From positions 200,880,001-200,944,000 of the forward strand of contig OZ024741.1 in assembly GCA_964016885.1 (NCBI GenBank): a stretch of 64,000 nucleotides of DNA. The letters are read 5' to 3'. Shown here in pieces: positions 15,153 through 27,010 of this stretch. The notes under the pieces are model-generated. The model did no database searches and was not told the origin of the DNA. It saw only the letters and a program-made list of their open reading frames with translations. This DNA comes from Eledone cirrhosa (lineage: Eukaryota). Made by a program: the position numbers and the translations under genes. Every line of letters begins with the position of its first letter. Within the stretch, counting starts at the first letter, position 1.

Positions 15153-15400
15153 CAAGGTTTAGCAACTAAGAAAAAGTTTTAAAATAAATTTCAAAAAATT
15201 CACTGTACTTACTATGGTTACCTTTACCGAATGGTTTCGAGTCTCAAAAATAAATGGATAGTCCTTACGGGCCTCCATTGAAAAGATAAACTCTCCTCAG
15301 AAAGTTCTTTTCACTCGGAGAATATAAAATTCCCGAGTTCGAACAATTATGATATATATATATATATATATCATAATTGTTATATATATATATCATAATT
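14828..15400. repeat. (TA)n array punctuated by CAATTATGA units in both orientations
   Basis: CAATTATGA at ~14843, 14891, 14946, 15344; TCATAATTG at ~15007, 15060, 15371, 15393. Confidence 0.85.
15220..15305 (-). ncRNA. Type I hammerhead ribozyme (predicted)
   Basis: Minus strand: ACUUU-CUGAGGA-GAGUUU...AGACUC-GAAA-CC(AUUC)GG-UA/AAGGU; full core, 5-bp stem I, GUA cleavage triplet. Confidence 0.8.
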
Positions 15401-15935
15401 GTTTTCATGCCCATTTTTTCACGCTTGCATGGGTTGGACTAGTCCTCCTCCGCGGCATCTCTCCACTTGTCGCATTCGTTCGTCATCTTCTCTGCCAGTT
15501 TTAGCGATTTGAGGTAACCTCTAACAATTTCTCTCAAGGTCTTTTTGGTCTTCATCTACTGCAGCTTACTTCCACTGGGATTTCCTGACATTTCTTCACC
15601 CATCAGTCATTTTCCATGCTCATCACGTGCCCATACCAACACAGTCTTCTTTCCTACACACTAACTCGGATTCCTCTTAAACCCTCAGCTCGTCCAAGCT
15701 CTGCCTTTCTCACACACTTACATTACACATCCAATGAAGCATGGTTGCTTCATTTTTCTCCAGTCTATGTATGTCCTCTCCAGTCACAGCACATGTGTTA
15801 CTACTATGTAGCATCGCACTCGGCACACAGGCGTCATACAGTCGTCCTTTTGTAAATAGGGAGAAGCCTTTTGTTGTCAACTGTGGAAGTAGTTCTCTGA
15901 ATTCCTTCAATTCTATCCTTATTCTAACTATTTAA
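15400..15935 (-). mobile_element. RTE LINE 3' fragment
   Basis: FRELLPQLTTKGFSLFTKGRLYDACV...MLHWMCNV and WYGHV motifs; 3' end CCAACCCATGCAAGCGTGAAAA. Confidence 0.85.
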
Positions 15936-16139
15936 GAGTGTGAGTGTGTGTCTGAGAAAATTATACATATACACCAGGTTCGAACACAAAGGCATCAGGG
16001 GTGGAGAATTGAGGGCACCTGAGAGCAGTGGGTGTGGAGTCCTCGGGCACACATGGGATTGACGTTTCCTCATCCCATGCAGCTTTTGTCAAAGCACACA
16101 TGTTGGCCTTGACAAAAGCTGCTGTTGACAGGCCCACCT

Positions 16140-16630
16140 CGGTCAGCGTCAGAGTTGGGGAGGCCGAGGACGAGTGGGCGAAATAGAAGAGGTGTTCTCA
16201 GACGCTCGCTCGATTAGAGTCCACGGCCCTCTCAATTGAGGATGCGATGGCGTTGGCCACCGGCACCCCGTCTTCTCTCGGGATCTTGATCGGAATCTTC
16301 CGGAGCCGCCTGAGCCGAACGATGTTGACCAGTGAGGCTTGAGCATCAGAAAGCTCGGTGTCTCATCTGGTGTTGTAGTGGGCGGTCGTGGCTGTGCAGA
16401 TGAGGGCACTGGAGGCTCGACGTGTCAAACCAACATAAGATAGGTGGTGGAAACAGCCGCACCCCGAACAGTTCCGGGCTTTCTTCCGCCTGTTCGTGGT
16501 GGTGCATGTGCTGCAGGTGTCGCTTGGTGGGGATGAAGGGTGGGGTGTTAATCCGGGGACTGGAGCACTATGTGGCAACATGGGTGTGAGGCTGGTTGAC
16601 TCAGGCCAGGGTGCTTGGCTCAACCGTGGG
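16140..16630 (-). mobile_element. Possible CRE-clade non-LTR element, N-terminal fragment
   Basis: PHD-like CSTC...CSGCGCFHHLSYVGL followed by KIPREDGVPVANAIASSI...EHLFYFA; GC-rich island. Confidence 0.45.
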
Positions 16631-17279
16631 TGGGTGGAGAGAAACTGGAATCAAGGGGAAGTGGACAGGGTGATGATATGAAGGAGATATCATATCTTGC
16701 CTACAACAGATCAGAAGGCAACAGAAGACAAGACAAAAAAAGAGGAAGTGGGGACATGAAGGGTGACCTAAAAAAACAGGGGTGTTCCAGTGGAAAATCT
16801 TACAGATCTAAATGTACACACACACACACACATACCCTCACCAACACACACACACGAACTCTTAAGTTTTGGGTATGACACCAAAGTATATGTTGTATGT
16901 ACATGCTTCTATGTGGACATTCTCGTGTCCATGTGTATGTTTGTGTGCATACATATAATTCATGGCCCGGGTACAAAATTTATCAGTATTTAATAATATA
17001 ATTATGTATTTACATAGACAGATTATCTTATATAGACATATGTACAAACGTGTTTGTGTATGTTTTCACGTAGGAAGATTTACATAGTGTGTGTGTGATA
17101 TGAGTGTAAATATCAACAGGTTTAAATATATATCAATATGTATGTAATTGTGTATGTATTTACATGGTACAATTGATCCTGATTAATTCCTTGTGTTTAT
17201 CATCAGTGAAACATCTTTTGATGATCTTGGAGTTCTGTTGCTCTTCTCCGATATATTCTTCCAGGCATAATGGTGGTGG

Positions 17280-17425
17280 TGGTGATAATGGCGACAGTGA
17301 TGTTGGTTGTGATGATTTCATATGAAATACCAATGATGGTTGGCAAATCACTGATGAGGGACTAATTATATAATATGTAATCCATGTTTGCAACCATGCA
17401 GTATTCTTCTCCCCTTGTTTTTCAT
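17280..17425 (+). repeat. Dispersed repeat next to (TA)n with CTGATGA half-core (second copy 63460-63600, minus)
   Basis: GGCAAATCACTGATGAGGGACT...ATCCATGT...TGCAGTATT present in both copies. Confidence 0.7.
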
Positions 17426-17580
17426 ATATATATATATATATGAAATGATTAAGTAAATCCCCAGTGTTGTAGTTGTACGAGAGTGTCAGTATTTTAGTGT
17501 CCTCGTCGTTTTGTTGATATTTTCTGAGTTGTTGCAGATGTCGGCTACTTATTGTCATTTTCGTCATAGAAAAGGATTAT

Positions 17581-17631
<51 letters not shown>

Positions 17632-17661
17632 AGTGGTTACACAACAGTTAGTTCACCATAC

Positions 17662-17699
17662 CGAGAACAATTGTTTCACCTTAGCGGATCCTCAGCTCG
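17662..17699 (-). ncRNA. Minimal type I hammerhead ribozyme (predicted)
   Basis: CGAG-CUGAGGA-UCC(GCUAA)GGU-GAAA-CAAUUG-UU/CUCG; palindromic stem III; U-U at base of stem II; in a ~125-bp insert between (TA)n tracts. Confidence 0.72.
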
Positions 17700-17750
17700 T
17701 CCCATGGACTGAGTGCTCTACCACTACGGATATTACCTTCCAGTGTTCCC

Positions 17751-17824
<74 letters not shown>

Positions 17825-18437
17825 GATGATGTTGCTGGTGAGTTGTTCTTGTTTTTTGTTGTCAGCGTTGCTTTCTCTTGTTAACAGTGGTGATAGTTTG
17901 ACTGTTAGCTATTTTGGCGGTCAAGCTGGCTGCTGAATCAACTTCTGTGAGTGAAGCTCCAATGTCTTCTTTGACCGAAGATGCAGGGTCATTGGCTTTT
18001 GCCATTTTGGAAATTGGTGAAACTCTAATGAATTTCGTTTATTTTTTTGTGTGAGTGTGGTTTGCTAGAGGAAGGTTCCCCAATGGATAGCTCGTCCTCT
18101 TATGTAAGGATTGCTATTAATTTTTTTTTTAAATGCTCACAAAAATGTATCAAAATCTTACCAGCGTAGAAAACATAGTCTAGCATGTACGCCTTTATAC
18201 ATCCTTTTGGTGATGTATTCAATGGTATTTTGGCATAGTCTCTAAATTTGGTTGTTTCTTTTCAATTCCACACATTTTTCGCTTTATTTAGGTTGTCTAT
18301 AATGTTTTGTTTTGATGTAGATTTCGTTTTATCTTGTTATTGGGACTTGGAGCAGGAGATGATTGAAGGCAACTGTGAATAGAACTTACATGTGTTTATA
18401 ATACACACATATATATACTTCGTTATATGTGAATGAA

Positions 18438-18624
18438 TAGGTGGATTGGCAGTATCGGTAGAGAGTCTGACGCACTGCTTTGCTGCAAAGAGTTACGGCC
18501 CTTTATGGTCTGAGTTCAAATCCCACCGAGGTTAACTTTACCTTTCATCCTTACGGGGTCGATAAAATAATGTACCAGTAATATATTGGGATAATTGCTG
18601 GCCTTGTGCCAACAGTAGAAACAA
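18438..18624 (+). mobile_element. Main SINE, full-length, 15-bp TSD
   Basis: TSD TTATATGTGAATGAA at 18423-18437 and 18625-18639. Confidence 0.9.
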
Positions 18625-18842
18625 TTATATGTGAATGAAATTATTAATTGTGGCGGCGTTTATAATAATAATGATTTTTGCATAAATATGTGGTAAAGAT
18701 TCTCACCAGTGATTGATTGCGTCATTGTTATTATATTTTGTATTTCTTCAAACACATGCCACAATATTAATCAAGCAAACAGTCAGAAATCGATATATGC
18801 ATTAATAAACATATATTTTAAACACAATGAGACATCTGTAAA

Positions 18843-19010
18843 TAAAGTTTCTACTTTTGGCACAAGGCCAGCAATTATCCCAGTACATTACTGGTACTTT
18901 ATTTTATCGACCCCATAAGGATGAAAGGCAAAGTTAACCTCGGCGGATTTGAACTCAGAACGTAAAGGGACATAACTCGGTGCTGCAAAGCATGGTGTCT
19001 GACGCTCTAT
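18843..19010 (-). mobile_element. Main SINE, inverted relative to 18438-18624
   Basis: Reverse complement of the same consensus. Confidence 0.88.
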
Positions 19011-19037
19011 ATCAATATTTATATGTGTATATATGTA

Positions 19038-19098
<61 letters not shown>

Positions 19099-19261
19099 TT
19101 GTGTATATATATATATATATATATAGATACACAAATACATATATATATAAATACATATATGTGTATATATGTACATATATGTACATATATGTACATATAT
19201 GTGTATATATTTATATATGTGTGTATATATATATATAAATGATTTATATAGGCAAATCAGA

Positions 19262-19870
19262 GAGGCCAGTGAAATAGAACTTAGAAGGCCAAGGCTAAAC
19301 AGAAAAAATGAATGGAATAACAACAACACCCAAACAAACAACACTGACCTAAGAGAAGTATAAATAAATAAATAAATAGATAAATAAATAAATAAATACA
19401 TACACAAGCACAATAACAACAAACACATATAAACACACACTAGTAAAGATAGAATACATTAACCAATACACAACCACCCAATCACGAACACACATCAAAC
19501 AAAACACTATACACACACGCAAACGCATGCGCAAAGAAGACAAAATAAAATAAACAAATAAATAAATATATAAACAGACTAAATAAAGATGGCGTAGTAA
19601 ATACAATGCAACGGGAGGAAACAATAGCACCACTGACGATGTTGCAGATGTGTAACGAAAGAACTTTGATAAACTATATATATGTGTTTGTGTCTATATT
19701 GTATCTGTACTTTTGACCGTTGGTCAGTGAATGGCAACATTGAGGACCGAATAAAATAGATTACCGATATAAAAGACACAGAAGCGAAAAGCGAAAACCA
19801 ACCAAACAGTGAGTGTGTTCTGTTATTAATTCTGGGAATATTACACAAATATGACTCTCCCAAGTATAAC
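19262..19870 (+). mobile_element. ~600-bp pLTR-like element (family B) with hammerhead variant, copy 1
   Basis: Colinear with 45770-46312 (minus); CUGACGA-U-GUUGCA(GAUG)UGUAAC-GAAA at 19633-19660, then AATAAA, TGAGTGT and (TA)n. Confidence 0.75.
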
Positions 19871-20004
19871 AATATATATATATATATATAAATTAACTAG
19901 ATAAATAATCATTTAAACGGAACTAAGTTTAAAATGTAACTTTGAAGAAATATCAAATAAATGTTATCTATAGAAAAATCCCTTCCTAGCACCTTTTTTA
20001 AGAA

Positions 20005-20820
20005 AACGGAATTTAAGATCCACAGACATGGAACTGGTTAAAAAGAGGAGACCTTAAAAAAGCTACAGAAGGAATGCTAATGGCTGCGCAAGTGCAAGCC
20101 CTCAGAACGAAGTGGGTGAAACACCATATTGACAAGGAGGAGGCTAGCTCCCTGTGTAGGATCTGTGGAGAGAGAGAGAGGAGACTGTGGCTCACATTGT
20201 ATCCGAGTGTAAACACCTAGCCCAGGGTCACTATAAAGGCTGGAGACATGATGTGATAGGCAGGGTGATCCACTGGCACCTATGCAAAGTAAACAATTTA
20301 CCACATTCTGAGAAGTGGTATGAGTAAAAGTCAGAGTCAGTGATAGAAAACGATCAGGTGAAGGTGCTATGGGACTTTAGGATACAGACGGACAAGAAAT
20401 TAGAACACAATAGGCCTGACCTGGTGGTTTTGGGCAAGGAAAAATGATCGTGCCTGATTGTAGATGTAGCCTGCCCATTTGACACGAGAGTGCAAGAAAA
20501 GGAGAGGGAGAAAATTAACCGATACCAGGACTTAAAGTGGGAGGTAAAAATGATTTGGAACTGCCATGAAGTCAAGGTCGTCCCGATTGTCATAGGCGCA
20601 CTAGGTACTATCTCAAAGAACTTCCAAGGATGGTTAAAGAAAATTAGTCCAGCCCCGCTTTTAGGAACACTTCAAAAGGCATGCTTGCTGGAAACAGCAA
20701 GAACCCTCCGATACGCCCTGAATGTCTGAGGCTGCAGGTAGTGGTTTGATATTCATTTCAACAAACTTTCCAGTTAAATAACATCAATGACTGAGACTGA
20801 AAGAACAATAATAATAATAG
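20005..20820 (+). mobile_element. R4/Dong-clade (RLE) non-LTR retrotransposon, 3' fragment with (TAA)n tail
   Basis: CRIC...ETVAHIVSEC, RHD, HNRPDLVV, IVDVACP, VVPIVIGALG; internal stops and frameshift. Confidence 0.92.
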
Positions 20821-21739
20821 TGAGCATAATCGAAGTTGCAGCTGCGATTAGCTGTCTCGAAATCGATTTTCTGAGGCTGCCACTAAACACTCAATGAGAC
20901 GATATCAATAAATCGATAAATTATTGCTCTTTGTAATAACATGAGTTAGTTATGTGACACAGTGAAAATTGTGACCTTAAAACTACAACAACGAAAATAC
21001 AAACAGGTTAAAGACGAACCTGTACCTGATCGATAGATATTATATTCGATTGGTTTCTGGGAAATTGTAAGCTACACTCCAAGTTGCGTAAAATACAAGT
21101 CAGTAATGTATCCTAAGTTGGAATGAGGATATCCCGTTCTCAACACGCCTTTCGTTCCGTTATCTACCAAGCACGTCTTATTAACTCCACTGCTAAAGAC
21201 TATAGCAGTAACTTTGGCAGTGGGGGTCACGTGTTCTTTCTCAAGAAAAGAGGAAGTTCACATTTGGACTTTGGCGGGTATATTCAAAAGTGTGAACAAG
21301 GAATTTATTCATATATATATAGTGCGGTATTCGAAACGAATCCGCGCAAAACCACTTTCTTCTCGCACTCATCTGTCAGTATCGGAGGTTTGCTTTTCGG
21401 CATTAGGCCCTTGATGACTACAGAATCCCAGCTTTGACTTAAAGTTTTCAAAGCAGATGTGCCATAGAATTTGGACAGAAACACCGTCAACAGAGGTTGC
21501 ATTCTTGTACATTCGACTAACATGGATTTTCAGCCATGTGGCTGACGTGTTTACCTTTAGACATTTGGAGTATCTGGGCTCAAGCGTGGCGGATGTTCTC
21601 ATGATTAACTTGACTAGATTTTGAAAACGTTGTTCGGTCACATGGAAAATCTACCTCATGGAAGATCAACAGTTCTTAGGTTTCGAAAATTTAGCTTCAT
21701 TTTGTTAACGATCTTGTTTTTTTTCCAATTCCAGACATT

Positions 21740-22230
21740 CCTCTCTTGTTAAACACTACCACATATCCCTATTTGAAGTGGGGTATCCAGTCTACAATTC
21801 GAATGTTCAACGACTAATAATTGACTTTCATGACATTACGAAATCTCTTTGGGCACTTTGTGTTGGAGGCGATCACTGAACGACAGTTTACCATAAATTT
21901 TCGGAAGATCTTGGGTTCATCAAGACGTAGGAAGTGACCATATGATACCTAATAAGACAAACCACGATGCACAAACAACATCCCTTTTCCATTACATCTG
22001 TACCAGGTGTAAGATATTTCCAGCTGATATTCAAAATACGTATCAGAGACTCCCGGTGGAACCTTTCAAGGATCTGGATGTGCTTTTATTATGGCGTCCA
22101 TGGATCACGTTAGTATACCATTGTCGTGATGACATATGCATAGATGTAGAGCTTGGTGGGACATCTTAAGTTCCCGACTGGCCAGACTGATTTTTAGAGC
22201 ACCAAACGCAATAGAGGCCTTATTAACGTT
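21740..22230 (-). mobile_element. Highly decayed RTE fragment
   Basis: ASIAFGAL, IQILERFH...RILNISW remnants on the minus strand. Confidence 0.5.
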
Positions 22231-23463
22231 CAATGAATTATTGACGCGTCTATAAAGTGAAAAATCCTACCATATCAAGTAAACCAAATTCGAACGTCAG
22301 AGCCATATGGTGTGAGGGACACAGAACAAGCAGCAATGAAATATCGAGTGATTAAAAAGAAAAAGAAATCAAGACATTTGATTGTTTATTATTTTTATTT
22401 TTATTTTTATTTTTTAAAGGGGGCGTTGGATTGGGAGAATTGTTAGAGCATCGGATAAAGTTCAGACTCTTTGCGTTCTGAGTTCAAATCTTACCAAGGT
22501 GAACTTTGCTTTTTATCTTTCCGGAATGGATGAAATAAAGTACCAGTTATGTACTAAGGTCGGTGGATGAGGTATGTTACTTTCAAGTCATCTTTTGGAA
22601 GCTTCAAATCCGTGTGGTTCTGAACACGAAACTTACGTCTGCGTGAGACAATTTGCGGAACTAACAGGAATATTTTTAATAGATTTCATGACGTTGATCA
22701 CCCATTGAACGGCATTTATAAAAGTCTAGATTTTGTAATTACTATTATTTTGATGTGTCTATGGACCCGTAACTCCTCATAGCGTACTAGGGATGCCGTA
22801 TGGACATACAGTGTGTGTTTGACATTATAAAACTGACGGAGCCTCCCAGCTCCTTCAGGAGAGAGGGGCGGTTGGATTGGAGGAAATGTGAAAGAGATAT
22901 AGAAGATGAACCGTCCACAATACTGGACTGGTATTTTTTTTTATCAATTTCAAAATGATGCAAGGCGAGTTTTGAATTCAGGGCGCAGAAAGCCGGAACG
23001 AATCCCACAAAATATTCTATCAGACGTTCTAATGAGTCTGTCAATTCGACACTTCATTATTATTTTAGTTTGTTTAATTACACCGAAGGAGACACATCAG
23101 GTTATATTCTTCTTTGGTGTCCCTCCCCATTCCAAAATGAAGTGGAGTGAAAGTAAAATATTTTCGTTTTACAAACTGGCCACCTTTGATTTCAATTCGT
23201 GACTCATTATAGAAATAGAATTTCATCCAAACATTACAAATCCACCCGAAATATTTCTTTGCCCACGCATTTCTTTCTTTTTGTTGTAGGTGATATTGGG
23301 TGATGGAACGAGAGCCACTCTTTGACCCGTTTTATTCGCTTCCTGTTCCACTTCTAACAAACACCCACTTATATTTGAAATCATACGTCAACGTATTTTT
23401 TCAGGCCTCTTTTGTATACTGTTTTATATTTCAGACAGATTCAATTCAAACTTTTATTATTAA

Positions 23464-23655
23464 GGATTGGTAATATCGGTAGAGCGTCGGACACTATGCT
23501 CTGCGACATAGAGTTATGGCCCTTTACGTCCTGAGTTCAAATCCCACCGAGGTTAGCTTTGTCTTTCATCCTTACGAGGCCGATAAAATAAAACACCAGT
23601 AACCTACTGGGGTCGATTTAATCGAATTTATCCTCCCCCCAAATTACTAGCCTTT
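23464..23655 (+). mobile_element. Main SINE copy
   Basis: A-box, B-box and central domain present. Confidence 0.85.
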
Positions 23656-23772
23656 ATTAATGGTAACTTATTTACGCAGACGTGTTATTGTGAACTCCGA
23701 AAGTTTTATTATTTTGAATTGCTAGTTGTGGAAAGGTTTTTCTAGTTAATCAATGATAAGTTCATATATAAT

Positions 23773-24148
23773 TGTCTCTACTTTAGGCACAAGGCCAGCA
23801 ATTACCCAGTGCATTACTGGTACTTTATTTTATCGACCCCGTAAGGATGAAAGGCAAAGTCAACCTCGGCGGGATTTGAACTCAGATCGTAAAGGGACGT
23901 AACTATGCTGGAAAGCATGGCGTCCGACCCTCTACTGATACTGCCAAGTTCATATATAATTGTTTCTACTATTGCCACAAGGCCAGAAATTACCCAGTAC
24001 ATTACTGGTACTTTATTTTATCGACCCCGTAAGGATGAAAGGCAAAGTTAACCTCGGCGGGATTTGAACTCAGAATGGCAAGGGCCGTAACTCTATGCGT
24101 CAAAGCATGGCGTCCGACCCTCTACCGATACTGCCAATCCACCGCCCC
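23773..24148 (-). mobile_element. Two tandem SINE copies of different subfamilies with a triplicated target site
   Basis: AAGTTCATATATAAT at 23758-23772, 23946-23960, 24149-24163. Confidence 0.92.
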
Positions 24149-24299
24149 AAGTTCATATATAATGCTCTCTAAAAAGGACGCTCCATAATATTTGAGTCTT
24201 CGTACCAATTATTTGAATTTAATTCTTTAAAATAAAAAAAAATAAACAAAATATGGATGAATACCCCCCCCCCCCCGAGTTAAGCATGCTGTCACGTGA

Positions 24300-26630
24300 C
24301 AACGGCTCTAACATTGACCCACCATTGTGAACTTTGCTACCAGCAACGCCACTGCAGACAGCATCGCTGACAACAACAACAAAATTTCTCCCGTGCAGCA
24401 ACAGCTAACAAAATAAATTTTCAACCTTTCACAATAATATTTACGTATGTGAACGCCGCCATACCAGCCACCATAATGCAGGTAAGCACGCCCAACACCA
24501 CTAACACCACCACCACCAGCACCACCACCTCCACCACCACAACAACAACAACTGAAGCAAAAAACAAAATTGAAACCACCACAGACAACCGCGAGACCAA
24601 AAAATAAGAACATAGACAATAACAACCATACCAACAATGCAACAATAAATATAACAGGAACAAACTCTAAAAATAACAGTAACGCCGACAAGAACGACAA
24701 CGCAAATGACTACAACAATAACATGAACAAAAAAACAACAACAGCAACAACATCAACAAAAAGAATAATAACAACATCAGCAACAGCAGCGCAAGAACAA
24801 ACGTCTCTTTTGCAAGAGCTGCAAACAAAAATCAAACGGTCACGGTGACCTACGAGGCCAGGCGAATGGTAAAAACAATGTATACAGGGTCAGCCTCACT
24901 CCTCCATCAAACATCATGGAATACCAGTGGCTATGTACGGTATCATACAGTACAATTAGCACAAAAACATGCCGCGTGAAGCGGGCCTCGAGGTCCCAGA
25001 TTCAAAAGGTTTTGGGACAGATTTGGGCTCCAAAAACCCACATCACACGTGGAAGAATGTATGGAACCGTGGACGAGTTCATTGCAGCCCCACAGGAAGT
25101 TAGAGAACACTCTATGACTCCACTAAAGAGTGATGAGCTCACTCTGGTTCCAAGTTACTGCGGACAAAGGCTTGTAAGAGTGAGTGACCCGGGTTCCGCC
25201 GGCAATAGCAATTCCCTGGCTGATGACAGCCGTCCTCGCTGATTTCGAGGACAACACCAAAATCATTGAGATAATCATAATAAAACAAGAAAACTGGTCC
25301 AGATCAGGAAAGGAACTCCTGGTCCAAACGGACCAGAAGAACAAGGTCGGACGGAGGTGGCGAACGCGTACATCACGTCGAACATCTACTACCACCTGAC
25401 AGTCGCGTTTTGTCGTAAGTCACGCCTGACTGCACTGGAGCGTTTGCTCTTTCACTTTTTGTGGAAGGGACGCGCTCTCTTGGTTAGGTGGTCCATCTGC
25501 TGCCAGTGACTCTACGTGGAAGGCTGGGCGTGCCATAAATAATTGTTTCTACTTTTGGCACAAGGCCAGCAATTACCCACTGTATTACTGGTACATTATT
25601 TTATCGACCCCATAAGGATGAAAGGCAAAGTTAACCTCGGCGGGATTTGAACTCAGAATGGCAAGGGCCGTAACTCTATGCGTCAAAGCATGGCGTCCGA
25701 CCCTCTACCGATACTGCCAATCCACTGCCATCCACGGGCGTGCCATAAATAATTGTTTCTACTTTAGGCACAAGGCCAGCAATTACCCAGTGCATTACTG
25801 GTACTTTATTTTATCGACCCCGTAAGGATGAAAGGCAAAGTCAACCTCGGCGGGATTTGAACTCAGATCGTAAAGGGACATAACTATGCTGGAAAGCATG
25901 GCGTCCGACCCTCTACCGATACTGCCAATCCACTGCCATCCACGGGCGTGCCATAAATAATGATGCACAGACATCCGCTGAGGCTGCGGCATCTCCAGAT
26001 ACTCTGCCTAGACGGTGAACAGGTGTGGTCACCGTTCGTCAGACAGGCCTTTCCGCAGCTCGTCTGTTTGACTGAGCTGCATTCCTGGGTCAAGAAGAGA
26101 CCGGGACTGGATGACTGGCATCTGCCAGGCACTCACTGCCCTCTACCAGGCGGGAAATGCGGTCAGTTGAACTTCCACTCTCGAGTTCTATAGGTGATTA
26201 ATGTTAGACAAGTACGACACTGCACTTTGAGAGGTTCTGGGCGTCGACCAAGTTGAATTGATCAGTCTGTTCCGGAGGATTTTCGAGCTAGGGACGATGG
26301 ATAACTTCCAGAAATCCCTCGCTTGGCAGTACTACCGGAGGGCACTGCCGGTTTGAGATAAACTCTACAGGCACGGAAGTGTTGTCAGACGGAACGGCCC
26401 GAGATGCGTGCAGAGCGACGAAACTATCGAAGCGTTGGGTGGTTCAGGATTGGAGGGGTACCTGAATGAAATCTGGGCGGTTTTCCCTCCTATTAGGGAA
26501 TTTTCATTGATGTATTTTCTTCTTTATTGTTATTGTTTTCCTATTTTTTACTCGATTTTTGTGTAAAACCCCACTGTCCCCATCTATTGTATTGTCCCCT
26601 ATATGTCGGCCCTTGTGGCCAATAAATGAA
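24300..26630 (+). mobile_element. Internally deleted Tx1 element (ORF1 part joined to post-RT ORF2 and 3' UTR)
   Basis: Low-complexity ORF1 start, then at ~25375 IYYHLTV...FHFLWKG...LRLRHL homologous to 5300-5950; 3' end TGTGGCCAATAAA; APE and RT absent. Confidence 0.82.
25544..25943 (-). mobile_element. Two tandem SINE copies nested in the Tx1 element, triplicated target site
   Basis: GGGCGTGCCATAAATAAT at 25526-25543, 25736-25753, 25944-25961. Confidence 0.93.
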
Positions 26631-26639
26631 TCCATTATT

Positions 26640-26679
26640 AAGTACCAGTAATGCACTGGGTAATTGCTGGCCTTGTGCC

Positions 26680-26740
<61 letters not shown>

Positions 26741-26743
26741 TGC

Positions 26744-26778
<35 letters not shown>

Positions 26779-27010
26779 TCGGTGAATTGGCAGTATCGGT
26801 AGAGCATCGGACACCATTCTTTGTGACATAGAGCTACAGCCCTTTACGTTCTAAGTTCAAATCCCGCTAAGGTTAGCTTTGCCTTTCATCCTTACGGGGT
26901 CGATAAATAAAGCACCATTCATGCACTGGGGTAGGTTCAAATGACTTTCCTCTCCCCCAAAATTGCTGGCCTTTTGCCTAAAGGAGTAACAATTATTATT
27001 ATTATTATTA
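26640..27010 (+). mobile_element. SINE 3' fragment, (TAT)n/(GTT)n tract, then full SINE with (ATT)n tail
   Basis: Direct match to SINE consensus. Confidence 0.85.

Noticed and set aside
17345-17410. Hammerhead in the 17280/63460 repeat family
   Set aside because: CUGAUGA is conserved but neither copy has a correctly placed downstream GAAA
21050-21660. Overlapping short ORFs in a moderately GC-rich patch
   Set aside because: No recognisable domain motifs; probably an unclassifiable old TE remnant
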